Shown here: positions 25,440-38,121 of the stretch, one piece after another | Layout: each line of letters opens with the position of its first letter | Position numbering within the stretch: the stretch's first letter is position 1 | Assembly: GCF_006345805.1 (NCBI RefSeq) | Contig: NW_021834484.1 | Location: 1 to 48,186 of the forward strand | DNA: 48,186 bases | Source of the DNA: Octopus sinensis | Taxonomy: Eukaryota | Direction: 5' to 3' | Notes under the pieces: model-generated | Databases searched by the model: none | Told to the model about the DNA's origin: nothing | What the model saw: the letters and a program-made list of their open reading frames with translations, nothing else | Program-made: the position numbers and the translations under genes

Positions 25440-26979
25440 TGCTTACTCAGATTTCATTTCCTGAAAGTTTCCGCACATGTCTGTCTTGCATGTACCTATC
25501 GTTGGTCTTGTGAAGTGTTGCTAAATACATTTCGATCGAGGAAACAGGCATCTCTTCAGAGAATATCGTCTCTTCCTCACATAAAAGTAGAAAGTATTTT
25601 ATTCTTCATAAAAACTAGTTTCCTCTTCGTCAGAGAGAGTCTTCTCCGAACGAAAAGTGTACATTCCAAGTACTTTTAACTGTCCTCTTAGCATTTGTCT
25701 GGGGATTGGAATGAACTTTACTGTTTTTGTTGTTTCTTTTTTTGTTTATTTGCGGTTACCTCAGTTGTGTTTGAGTTACCTTACCTCAATACGATTGTGT
25801 AGCATCGATGTTTTGTGAAGACGTACGTGTCTTTAACTTTCCACTATTTGTATTTTTACCATGAATCAATTGTTTTTCCATCTTTTCATCGTCACTACCC
25901 TTTGTGACAAGTTTAGATTAACTTCGACATCATCTGAAATGTACCCGATACAATTTTACGTAGCTCTGACTTTGTCGGGAAGCCACCTTCGAAGTTTCTT
26001 GCTGCTCTTGTTGCTTTCTGACAGCATTCGGAATTATTTCATTGTCGATATGTGTGAGTGTGTGCTTAATATTATTCATTTTTACTCTTGATATTTTTTC
26101 AATTTGGCACCTGACTTTTCTCTGGTCGAAATTCTTTTTACCGAGGAAGGAAGACGCACTGGTGGTGCCCGTGTAGAGTGAAGTAACGTAAATAAATACG
26201 CAAAGTATTTTCTCAAATGTTCCGTCATGTTATCGAATGCTAACGTACGCATAAGGAGAGAACACGAGAGGCACGTTGTGCACGAATAGTGAAAGCCTTC
26301 AGTAATTACAGAGTATTTACTTTATTGATCTATGAAGAATCCGGGGGATTCGAACGTAGTGGTTTTTACCTGAACTAATTTTAATCGCTTCTGATTATCT
26401 GCCAGATAACGATGATGGCAATAATGGCTGTGTTGAAAAGGCTACTATTCAAAATCGTCATCATGATTATAATATTGTTGACAAGATCATTATAAATAAT
26501 GGTAGTGGTAGTGATGATGAGGTTGATGTTAGCTGTCATTGTTGAAGGTAGTATTGTTATTACTGGTGGTGCTAAAGAGAGCGGGTGTACTGTGGTGGTG
26601 ATGGTAGTGGTAGTGGTTGTGGTGATGTTATTAGTGGTGCCAACAGAACTAGTGGTAATATTATTAGAGTTCCGGGAAATGTATCAATTGTTGCTATTCT
26701 TACATATTGTATACATGGTTCTAGGTCAACGTATGTTTCTATTCATGATCTTACACCTTTCTACAGAACATAGTTTCTGGCATCTTGTTACCTTTCCCAA
26801 AATTGCCAAATATACATTAGTGCCGTGTGATATTGCTACGACATTTCTAGTTTTCCTTAATCTGCCTTAAACCTCTTTGGTTTTCCCTGCTTTTCATTAA
26901 TCCTTCTTGACATCTCTCTATGTATTTCACTATTTCTATATTTCAGTACACTACACATTGCGTCACTCACTCTCAGTTA

Positions 26980-27024
<45 letters not shown>

Positions 27025-27137
27025 CATCCGTTACTACAGTGTAGACGTGTATGTATGTGTGTCTGTCTGTATGTGTGTATATATACGTATATATACATAT
27101 ATAAATATATGATTATGTGTGTATACACACACACTCG

Positions 27138-27223
<86 letters not shown>

Positions 27224-27480
27224 CATACACACATAGTGAGAGACAGACAGACAGAAATATAGAAAGACAAAGATAGTCACATGCATTCTTGTGTGCGTGC
27301 GTGCGTGCGTGTATGTGTGTATATGTGTATGTTTGTATGTGCGCATTTTTGCACGCATGTATGTATGTATGTGTGTATGTATGCATGTATGCATGTATGC
27401 ATGTATGTATGTATGTATGTATGTATGTATGTATGTATGTATGTATGTATGTATGTATTTATGCAAGTATGTATGTTTAT
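26980..27480. repeat. Compound (CT)n/(CA)n/(TATG)n microsatellites
   Basis: Direct reading. Confidence 0.95.
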
Positions 27481-27555
27481 ATGTGTATACAGTCTTCTTG
27501 ATTTCCTTTATTTTATCAGCTTTATTCTCATTCCTTCATATATATATATATATGA

Positions 27556-28050
27556 TATTGTTGTTGGCATCCTTTTTGTCTTGGGAGACAATGGAGTTGC
27601 GCATAAAATAATCTAGTCCGGCTTTTACATTTCATGTCCTAATACATTTCCTGCTGTGGCTGTGTAGTCCTATCCTGGACAAACACTCCCTCTGGCAGGT
27701 ACCACAAATGTAGCGAAGACTGTTCCTGGCTGGTTGTAATGCCATAGTTTCTTGTTGACGTCTTTTCTTGTCTTTCCATTTCTCCTCTCTCTGTATGTCA
27801 CTCCTTTGTGTTCCCTCTTTTACGGTACGTTGCCAATCTCCACGGTTGCTGGCAACTGCTTCCCAATTGCTAATATTGATATTGCAGGCCTTCGTGTCCC
27901 TTTTGAAAACATCCTTGTATCGTAAGAACGGTCTTCCCACAGACCTAGTTTCCCTAGCAAGCTCTCCGTAGAGTATGTTCTTGGGGATTCTGCCATCTTC
28001 CATACGGCTAACATATCCAAGCCATCTCATACGTCTTTGTGTGAGGAGTG
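27556..28050 (-). mobile_element. RTE (BovB-like) LINE, 3' sense segment: ORF C-terminus, 3' UTR and (CAA)n-type tail
   Basis: ALLTQRRMRWLGYVSRMEDGRIPKNILYGEL..GRPFLRYKDVFK..CGTCQRECLSRIGLHSHSRKC. The minus strand ends GGATGCCAACAACAAT. Confidence 0.9.
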
Positions 28051-29048
28051 CGTTATCCTGTCCAGGCTACAACTGTTTGCTTCTCGAATTTATCCGGAAT
28101 CGCAGTGTGACTTTAGAAGAAGCAGATCAACATGATATTCTCCATACGCCAACTTCAGGAGAAGTCCAGAAGCAGAAAATGCTATTATATATGGCCTTCC
28201 TTAATCTGACAAAGGCCTTTGACTTGGTAAGTAGAAAAGGCCTCTTCATCCTGCTCCAAAAGATCGGATGTCCACCAAACCTGCTGAGGATCATCAAATC
28301 TTTCCATGATGATATGCAAGGCACCATTCAGCATAATGGTTCCACATCAGCCGCCTTCCAAATAAAAAACGGGATAAAGCAAGTTTGTGTCCTTGCTCCT
28401 ACATTATTTGGCATCTTCTTCTCGCTGCTGCTCTCACATGCCTTTCAGACATCAGATGATGGAGTGTTTCTGCACAGTAGAAGTGACGGGAAACTGTTCA
28501 ATATCTCGCGCCTGCGTGCCAAGACCAAAATCAGAAGCGTCCTGATCAAGGAGATGCTATTTGCTGATGATGCCGCTCTGGTATCATACACAGAAGAAGC
28601 CCTACAAAGGCTCATCAACTGTTTCGAGCAAGCATGTAACGACTTTGGCTTAGTTATCAGCCTCAAGAAGACCAGCATCATGGGTCAGGCTACATCGGAC
28701 ATCCCAAACATACATATTGGAGACCACAGATTACAGGAGGTGGAGAAGTTTACCTATCTTGGCTCTACCGTCACCTACAACCTATCCCTTGACGCTGAGC
28801 TCAATATACGCATTGGCAAGGCAGCTGCTGCGATGGCCCAACTCTCCAAACGGGCATGGGACAACAATAAGCTGACCAAGACCACAAAAATGGAGATTTA
28901 CCAGGCATGTGTACTTAGCACTCTGTATGGAAGTGAGACTTGGACGCCATACACATGCCAAGAGCGTCGCCTAAATATCTTTCACCTGCGCTGCCTGCGG
29001 AAAATCCTTCGCATCAAATGGCAGAATCATGTCCCCAACAAAGATATA
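28051..29048 (+). mobile_element. Same RTE LINE, inverted upstream RT segment
   Basis: IYPESQC.FR, LTKAFDLVSR, GIKQVCVLAPTLF, EMLFADDAAL, FTYLGS, FHLRCLRKILRIKWQNHVPNKD. Confidence 0.92.
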
Positions 29049-29639
29049 TGACATATATACACATATACATACATATATAAATGTACATATATATACATAT
29101 ATATACATACACAATGGCAGAATCATGTCCCCAACAAAGATATATGACATATATACACATACATATATAAATATATATACATATATATACATACACACAT
29201 ATATATATATTTATATATAACTACATATTTATAGAGACATATATGTATAAACATACACACACACACATATATGTATATGCAGAAGTATATATTCATACAT
29301 ATATTGTATATATATATATATATAAATCAATGTATGTATGTATGTATGTATGTATGTATGTATGTATGTATGTATGTATATAATTTCCTGGCTCGTTGCT
29401 ATGAGTCTATCTTCGAGATCTGATTTCATCTTTCTTTTCGTTATCGTTGTTGATGTTATTGCTGTTGTTCGCTTTCACTTCATCCGCGCGTTCTTTGATA
29501 TCTATTGCTTTCAAATTATTAACTCCGGTCTCTTTTGATCTCTGCTCTTTTAAGAAAACTTTTGTCTTTTTTTTTTCTTCTTTCTTTTTTCCTTTGTCGT
29601 TCCTCTTTGGATTTGTTTCCTCTTCTTTCTTATCAATTC

Positions 29640-29725
29640 CATCATCAGCATCATCTTCAACACCAGCGGCAGCACCACCACTGCCAACAACCCCGTTACT
29701 ACTACTACTACTACTGCTGCTGCTG

Positions 29726-29791
<66 letters not shown>

Positions 29792-29800
29792 GTAATAATG

Positions 29801-29834
<34 letters not shown>

Positions 29835-29840
29835 TAATAA
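29640..29840. repeat. (CTA)n/(AAT)n microsatellites
   Basis: Direct reading. Confidence 0.95.
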
Positions 29841-30189
29841 TAATATCACTACTGATATTCTTAAATATTAGTCTCGTATTGGTGCAATTCGATGTACATG
29901 TATGCATATATGCAGACATACATATATTTACTGACTCGTACGTATATACATAGACACATATATGAATATATACATATATATGTGTGCGTGTGTGAGTGTA
30001 TACAAATATAAATGTCTATGTAATATATATGATGTACATGTATTTAAGAAGATATATATGTATGCACATATATGTATATAGTATGTATCTATATATATAT
30101 ATTATATATATATATACATATACGTATACATATGTATATACGTAATATACATACATATGTATATATACTATATATATGTATATATATGT

Positions 30190-30237
<48 letters not shown>

Positions 30238-30243
30238 ATAATA

Positions 30244-30285
<42 letters not shown>

Positions 30286-30295
30286 GTGTGTGTTT

Positions 30296-30468
30296 GGCGC
30301 GGAGTCGCAGGCCGTGGCTGTGGGTAAGGAACTTGCTTCCCAGCCACCAGGTTCCGGGTTCAGTCCTACTGTGTGGAACCTCGAGCAAATGTTTCCTACT
30401 ACACCCTCGGGCTGACCAAAGCCTTCTAAGTGGATTTGGCAGACGTAAACTGAAAGAAGACCGTCGTT
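30296..30468 (+). mobile_element. OR2-like SINE 5' half (tRNA head plus CORE-like domain)
   Basis: GTGGCTGTGGGTAAG A-box-like, GGTTCAGTCC B-box-like, TGTGGAACCTCGAGCAAATG CORE-like. Further partial copies at ~30546-30597 and ~32281-32412. Confidence 0.85.
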
Positions 30469-30473
30469 ATATA

Positions 30474-30543
<70 letters not shown>

Positions 30544-30760
30544 TATGAGTGGCTGTGTGGTAGTAGCTTGCTTACCAACCACATGGTTCCGGGTTAGTAA
30601 AAACGAAAATGAAAGACAAATACTGAATAAAGATGTCCGTTGTGTAGTAATAAGCAACATTTCGATGGAACTTGTTTGATCGTAAATCTCTCTCTGTATC
30701 AATCATCCATTTTATAACCTTATGTATGTATATATGTATGTATGTTTATATGTATTTGTG

Positions 30761-30833
<73 letters not shown>

Positions 30834-30927
30834 AATTAGAAAAACCCTTTAATCAATTCAAAATGACAATAATATATACCGATGATTAAGTAAATTCAAA
30901 ATAATAAAAAAAATGTATTTGGTAGAA

Positions 30928-31030
30928 TAACGACACGTGTTTCGTGGCTATATTAAGAAATGATTATAGTAAAAAAATTAATAGTAGTAGTAAAATCACT
31001 TCGAAATAAATATAGCCACTCATCAGGTTA
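30928..31030 (-). ncRNA. Type-I minimal hammerhead ribozyme with canonical core
   Basis: Minus strand: TAAC-CTGATGA-GTGGCTATATT-(loop)-AATATAGCCAC-GAAAC-ACGT-GTC-GTTA. Stem II is a perfect 11 bp with G10.1-C11.1, the helix-III loop is palindromic (ACGT), the triplet is GUC and stem I is TAAC/GTTA. Predicted cut between 30932 and 30931. Confidence 0.75.
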
Positions 31031-31606
31031 AAAACAAACTACAATAATAAGATAATTAATTAATAAATATACGTAAATAATCTTTTAAAATATAAATATA
31101 CTCTTTAATATATATATATACATATATAAGATACTAAATATACATTAAGTGAAAACTAAAAACAATACTTGAATTATACAATACTTTAAAATTAATTAAT
31201 ATACACAATGCTAGTACAAGCCATTAATATTGTAATCAAAATATGAAATGGATCAAATATAAACTCATTAAATAAGCTAACTATATAATTAATATATATG
31301 TGTAGTTTCTATAGATTTAATATATCACTCAATAATATAGTTGACTAAATATCAATTAATATAATACCTAATTTACTTAAATTTAATACTACTTAATATA
31401 TATATACCATCTAATTATTATATAATATATTGTCTAAGAAAATAAATTCTCAAATTAAATTAGATGTAATACGTTAGATCCCTTCATAAAAATAATAATA
31501 AATCATTCTAAATAAGTAGATACAATAATTAAAGAATATATTTATATTTTAAAAGATTATTTACGTATATTTATTAATTAATTATTTTATTATTGTAGTA
31601 TTTTTT

Positions 31607-31709
31607 TAACCTGATGAGTTGCTATATTTATATTGAAGTAATTTTACTACTACTATTAAGTTTTTTACTATAATCATTTCTTAAATATAGCCACGTAAAC
31701 GTGTTGTTA
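31607..31709 (+). ncRNA. Degenerate sister hammerhead (probably inactive)
   Basis: TAAC-CTGATGA-GTTGCTATATTT...AAATATAGCCAC-GTAA-ACGT-GTT-GTTA; the GAAAC box is mutated. Confidence 0.55.
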
Positions 31710-32433
31710 TTCTACCAATTATATACGTTTTTCTTATTTTTTTGCAATTTACTTAATCATTGGCATTTTATTGTTATTTTATTTTTAATATTTCTATTAT
31801 ATGTAATTTTGTAGATGGCGTAATTTATTGTTCATTTCGAATTGATAAAAGGTGTTTTGTTTTCTAATTTTTTATGTATATATTATATTTTGTGAAATTT
31901 GATTTAGTATTTCTAAATTGAATTTTTCCCTGTAAGTTAGGAATAATATTCCCTCTAATTATTATTTAATTATATATATACCGAAGATATTCGTGTTGCT
32001 TACTTTGAGGATATATATATATATATATATTCTTATTTGTTTTGTGGTGGATGTCATATACTATTGTATTTTAGAAATAGTTATTTCATTAGGAGGAACT
32101 ATTTTCTAAGTATCATGGATATCGCCTTAAAAGCTGGATGTATATATGGAGGTCCACTGTTGATTTATATATATGTATTGTGTGTGCGTGTGTGTGTGTG
32201 TATGTGTGTATGTGTGTGTATGTGTGTGTATGTGTGCGTGTGTATGTGTAAGTAACTTTGTCTCTCTCTCTCTCTCTCTCAGAGTGGCTGTGATGTAAGA
32301 AGCTTGCTTCCCAACCCATGGCTCCGGATTCAGTTCCACTGTGTGGTACCTTGGACAATTGTCTTCTACTATAAGCACGGGTCGACCAAAGCCTTGTGAG
32401 TGGATCTGGTTGCCGGGCTCCTTTATATATGCA

Positions 32434-32475
<42 letters not shown>

Positions 32476-32476
32476 A

Positions 32477-32755
32477 TATAATTAATATAGGATGAAATTT
32501 TTTTCGGGAAAAATTTTTATCAATGGCCAGCATATCAAAAAATGCCTTAAAGGTAAAACTTTATACATAATTTACAAGATAAGGGCAGAAGAAGAATTCT
32601 AATTAATATTGTTTCGGCATATTTGGCATTAGAATTCTTCTTCTGCGCTTATCTTGTAAATTATGTATAAATTTTTACCTTTAGAGGCATTTTTTGATAT
32701 GCTGGCCATTGATAAAATTTTTTCTAGAAAAAATTTTTATCCTATATTAATTATA
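32477..32755. repeat. Near-perfect palindrome, ~127-bp arms with 24-bp spacer
   Basis: 32477-32603 versus 32628-32755 (for example CAATGGCCAGCATATCAAAAAATGCC / GGCATTTTTTGATATGCTGGCCATTG); follows a (TA)n tract. Confidence 0.95.
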
Positions 32756-33120
32756 AATAGATTAGTGTTCACTTCCGGATTCTATCACTCTGTGAAAGTT
32801 TCTAGTTCGAATCATATGTGTCTCGAGGTGCGCCGAGGATTTTTCTATTTTGGATATATTTGGGGTTCTTAAGTCTGCTCGGGACTTAGTGCTTGCTTTT
32901 TCCGAAGGTATGAGTAAGTATTTCATTTATATCTCACGTATTTGCCGCTGAAGTGGGGAAAATTTCTTATGAATTAACCCCGAAATTGGACCAATAGGGT
33001 AATAACGAATTTTTTAGAGATTTCTATCGGTTTTAATGGTTATCGACAAAAATTTTTTTTGTTTCGGCATATTTGGCATTAGAATTCTTCTTGTGCCCTT
33101 ATCTTGTAAATTATGTATAT

Positions 33121-33163
<43 letters not shown>

Positions 33164-33302
33164 TATATATATATAGATATATATATATATATATATAATA
33201 TTATATAATATATAATCTATATATGTATATATATATATATATAAATACATATATATATATATATATATATAATATATGTATATGTATATATTTATGTATG
33301 TA

Positions 33303-33497
33303 TTTGTTTGTCTGTACTACTCCAACACCACGCCGATGTCGGTATCTTTCCGCCCCCGTAACGTAGCGGTTTGCCAGAAGTGGCCGATACATAATTTTAC
33401 AACGAATAACTCCAGGGATCGATTTGTACGACTAAATATGGTGCTCCAGCATGGCCCGCAGTCAAATGACTGAAACAAGTAAAGGAATAAAGGAATA
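33303..33497 (+). mobile_element. OR2-like SINE 3' half
   Basis: CCCGTAACGTAGCGGTTTG, GGTGCTCCAGCATGGCC and CAGTCAAATGACTGAAACAAGTAAA tail. Confidence 0.85.
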
Positions 33498-33649
33498 CAC
33501 ACACACACACATATATATATATATATGTATGTAGTATGCATGTATGCATGCATGCATGTATGTATGTATGCATGTATGTATGAATGCATGTATGTATGCA
33601 TGTATGTATGTATGTATGTATGTATGTATGTATGTATGTATGTATGTAT

Positions 33650-33823
33650 AGTGAGTGGGATTGACTCAGTGCACAGCCTTTCTTCATTTAAAAAAAATCT
33701 TCTTGCACAGGCATTGCACGATAACAACATTGATTAAGCGTCGTGCAATGGCCATACTCGATAACGAGGGGGCAGCCACCATGTATGTATGTATGTATGT
33801 ATGTATGTATGTATGTATGTATG

Positions 33824-33857
<34 letters not shown>

Positions 33858-33991
33858 TAGTGAGTGGGATTGACTCAGTGCACAGCCTTTCCTCACTTTA
33901 AAAAAATCTTCTTGCACAGGCATTGCACGATAACAACATTGATTAAGCGTCGTGCAATGGCCATACTCGATAACGAGGGGGCAGCCACCAT
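33650..33991. repeat. Two direct copies of a ~133-bp unit embedded in (TATG)n
   Basis: 33650-33782 and 33859-33991 are nearly identical; period 209 bp including the microsatellite. Confidence 0.95.
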
Positions 33992-34415
33992 GTACGTATG
34001 TATATATGATCTTACAATTTATAATAATGATCCAGGGAAATAATTACAAGGTAGCTAAATGTTGCTTAAGTGTCCCAGGAAAGAATAGTCACACTTGTGT
34101 GGGATGTGATTCCGGGAAGAAGTGAGACGTATTTAGGAGAAAATAAGAAAAATTTTAAATGGAGATAAACGCTCGAGATGTTATTAAATCGTTTATATTT
34201 TCATATCACCGACATACGTTTCAATGAACGCATTCAAAATACATCCGATAGGATGAATAATGATCAGCAATGCATCAATCTCATCCAGGCGGATATAAAC
34301 AACAGTGCTCATCAAATATACATTTTAACAGATATGAGCAACCACAGAAAATGTGACGTATACGAATATGCATATGCACACACGCACATATACTCATATA
34401 TGTATACATATATGT

Positions 34416-34795
34416 GGAGGCGCAATGGTCCAGTGATTAGGACAGCGGACTCGCGGTCATAGGATCTCAGTTTCGAATACCAGACCGGGTATTGTGAGTG
34501 TTTATTGAGCGGAAACACCTAAAAGCTCCACGAGGCTCCGGCAGGGGGTGGTAGCGAAACCTGCTGTACTCTTTCACCGCAACTTTCTCTCACTCTTTCT
34601 TCCTGTTTCTGTTGTACCTGTATTTCAAAGGACCAGTCTTGTCACACCCTGTGTCACCTTGGATTTCTCCCGGGAACTACGTTAAGAGTACACGTGTCTC
34701 TGGAGTGCTCGGCCACCTGCACGCTAATTCCACGAGAAGGCTGTTCCGTTGATTAGATCAACTGGAAACCTTCGTCGTCGTAACCGACGGAGTGC
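34416..34795 (+). mobile_element. tRNA-derived SINE, third family (tRNA-Arg-like head)
   Basis: GGAGGCGCAATGGTCCAGTGATTAGG (A-box-like) and GTTTCGAATACC (B-box-like), followed by a ~300-bp non-tRNA body that ends at a TA tract. Confidence 0.8.
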
Positions 34796-34808
34796 TGTAG
34801 TAATATAT

Positions 34809-34842
<34 letters not shown>

Positions 34843-37321
34843 ATTATACATACATATTGATTAATTATCCAATGTTTTTTTCCACCTGATCGCTCTTATG
34901 AAATAGTATTAAATATCCATTACCTGCATTGTGTATTTGATGTTTGACGGAAAAATTTAAAATGTATGTAAGGTTATGTATCCGAGAATAATTTTGAAAC
35001 AAAAAAAATTGAATAGAAAATGTCTTCTTCATCTTCAGTGGGATTAGAATATTTTAAAGTCAATCAATATTTAACGGTTAAAATTTTAAATGGGTATACC
35101 TCTATACAGAAATGAAAACGTCACGAAAGCGGTGTTTGTGAGCAGCAAATTGTTAGGCAAATTGTATGAAAATAATACCTGTTGACTTTATATGGAACAT
35201 TAAGTGTGCTTACATGTTAAAGATTTTGGTATATAATTAATTAGTAGAATGGAAAGAAGTGTTTAATAAGCGTATGTGTATGTGTGTGTAAGTGTGTGTA
35301 TGTGCGCGTCTACGTATATACACACACACATACAGACCCGAATGTTTGAAACAGTGTGGATTATTCTATAGTAGCAAAGACCCAAATCTACCACTCATAA
35401 ATGTAAGTCCCTCATAAATGAGTAGCAGTCTTTCTGTTTACCAAATTTCATTTCCATGGTTTCGATCAGCAAGCGAGTTTTGCCATAGGATCTAACCCGA
35501 AACCACAGTTTTTACTAACAAGTAATATACCTGACAACTAGCAACAACCATTATCCAGGTCCTTATCTTAGAGGCTGTTTTAGCCATGCTGGAGTAATGC
35601 CTTCAAAATTATTGCCAGCAATTTTTCTCAAAAATAAACTTATGAAAAAAATCCTCGTGAAATGTCTTAGCTGTGATGGCTGCAAAAATTTATTAACTGT
35701 CTTGTATATAATCTTTTCAAATAATTGTACTTTACATAGTTTTGATTGTAGTACGAGAAGGGTTATCATAAAAGTAGTTAACTTAGGTCATCAGCTAAAT
35801 TTTTATGTACATATTGGAGCAACACCTCCAAAATAAGTAACAACAGTTTTGGAGACATGCCAAACTAGTATTTATGAAAACAATCCCCATGAATGGTCTT
35901 AGCTGTAGGGAATAATAATGTGATAAGATAAGAAACAGGTTGAATAATTTATTCTGATGTAACGCGTTTTTTTAATTTTTAAATTAATTTAGATTAACTA
36001 ATTCTCAAATCTCCAGTTATGTCGTGCTGAAGAGTACAGAAAGAGGATGAAATGGTACTATCCACCAATACCGGTGACTGTAATAAATTTATGTATGTAC
36101 TTTTCACTCTTTGATAATGGTTTTTCAACATAATAAAAATAAACTTAGAAGTAATTCTCTCTCCTTAAGTAGCAATTCGCAGTAATTCCACCAATTATAT
36201 TGTATTGAAGGAAAATTAGCTTTAATATGCATATCATCAAAATTTCTAGAATTTAACGTTGTCAGATCTTCTTGTGCAATGTTGTAGATTTTTCCCTTGC
36301 CCTTCTCTTAACTACTTTTTCTAAGATTCGTTGATAACTTAATCACTTAAAAGACCTCATTCAGTAAAGTGTAATACAATGGTCTTCTATACACAAAGGA
36401 AAAAACATATGGATGCATTATAGAATTACAGTGTAAGAAGATAACTTGAGATATTCTGGAATCACTCTATGAACGACATACTATAAGACATTAATATTTA
36501 GTGAGACGCTTGCCAAATTTTGGTGTCAATTTAAATATACGACCTAACTTTGAAGTTCATTGAGTTCTGAAATTTGAAATGAACTTCAGTTTTGTTCATG
36601 TCGAAGACAACATTTTAATTCGCACATACATCACACATTATTCCTGAGGCTTGCCAGACTACTGCACAGAAAATGCATTCATTGCATATAACCTAAGTAC
36701 ATTGGTGTACTGCAAAGTCAAGAGAAGTTCCCACACCACCACCCAACAATAAATATTGGTGATATCGGAAATCTAATCCACGCCCACTAATCACAGTTTT
36801 TAATTTAACAAGCTTAAACCCAATTCTTAAAATATATTTTTATTTTCATTTATTTATTTTGTTTTCAGACGAAATCCTCACTTTGCATCGATGTTCTAAA
36901 TCAATGCGTATTTTCACATGGTTGCTCTCCATTCAGCTTGGTAACTCCGTATCTCATAGAGACGTGTTGATAGTAAGATTTGAAACCAAGTTCATATCGA
37001 ATCAACAAAACGCTTGATAGATAGATAAACTCTGTGAATGACTGCTTAAATAAGTGAATTGTACCGCCTCTTCACACAATTAAATAAATTACTGAGATTA
37101 AAGCGATATTTTATATTCCTTTCGTTTTGTTATCCATTATCTTTTTATATTTATTTTTATTATAATGCATCGTGAATGTCGGTGTGTAAGTCGAACAAAA
37201 CACGAAGACAGTTGTTCTATATTTAGCGTTTATCATATGACATGCCCATATCCGCTTTTACGTACCATGCTATAATAATGATTTTCATGTGTTTTTTTAT
37301 ATATATATGCGTGTGTGTGTC

Positions 37322-37364
<43 letters not shown>

Positions 37365-37429
37365 TAGACAGAAAGAGAGACAGATAGATAGAGACAGGGA
37401 GAATGATTGTATATATCCAAACTCCACGT

Positions 37430-37745
37430 TACGTAAACTTTTGAGCACGTAGAACACGTACTTCCGAGACCTGAGAAGATAAGCTATACCAACCACTGAA
37501 CAGGACGGCACTGCATAGTACTGTAGATCCAGTTTTTTTCCATCTAGAATAAGCGAAGTATTGCAACAGCTTGGGTTTCAAGGGTCCCCAACTATTCAAC
37601 ATTTTTCTAACAGCTTCATGGATTTCCGTGGTGTAGATGTAGAGCTCTTCGGAGACGTCTGGACAAAATTTTAACTGGGCAGATAAGCCCACATAATGGC
37701 AGGGGTCACAAAGAAAAGCAGCTCTGTCCAACTCATTCAACTCAC
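37430..37745 (+). mobile_element. CR1-like LINE 3' fragment
   Basis: Frame-shifted translation TGRHCIV..YCNSLGFKGPQLFNI..DFRGVDVELF..RLDKIL..AALSNS resembles the post-RT C-terminus of CR1-type elements. Confidence 0.55.
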
Positions 37746-37869
37746 TTCTTAACTAGAAACGATACAGAATAGAAACCCAATCACAGTGGAAGGCAATGCC
37801 CCACCCCGCGTCAGCCTCTGGCTGAAACTAGTAAAACGTAAAAGTTAAAAGACGAGCCAAATATATAGA

Positions 37870-38089
37870 TAGATACATACATACATATATACATATACAT
37901 ATATATAGTTATAGATATAGATATATAGAAACAGAGACACAGAGAGAGAGAGAGAGAGACAGACAGGCAGACAGACAGATATTTAGGCAGAGAGTCAGAC
38001 AGACAGATACAGACAGATACATACATACATACATACCTACATACATACATACATACATACATACATACATACATACATACATACATACA

Positions 38090-38120
<31 letters not shown>
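37870..38120. repeat. (GACA)n/(CATA)n microsatellites
   Basis: Direct reading. Confidence 0.95.

Positions 38121-38121
<1 letters not shown>

Larger units (their letters stand above)
30832..31870. mobile_element. AT-rich inverted-repeat element between TA tracts (Penelope-like termini)
   Basis: ~30832-31090 is the reverse complement of ~31528-31870, with an insertion in the right arm; each arm carries a hammerhead motif. Confidence 0.75.

Noticed and set aside
25520-25635. Minus-strand CTGACGAAGAG and CTGAAGA-GAT..ATC-GAAA
   Set aside because: No stem I or helix III can be formed, so it is compatible with chance or heavy decay.
29407-29953. Overlapping 168-170 aa ORFs on both strands (poly-S, poly-L, poly-I)
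   Set aside because: Driven by (CTA)n and (AAT)n tracts.
34416-34490. Possible tRNA-Arg gene
   Set aside because: No clean cloverleaf or acceptor stem, and it continues into a SINE body; treated as a SINE head.
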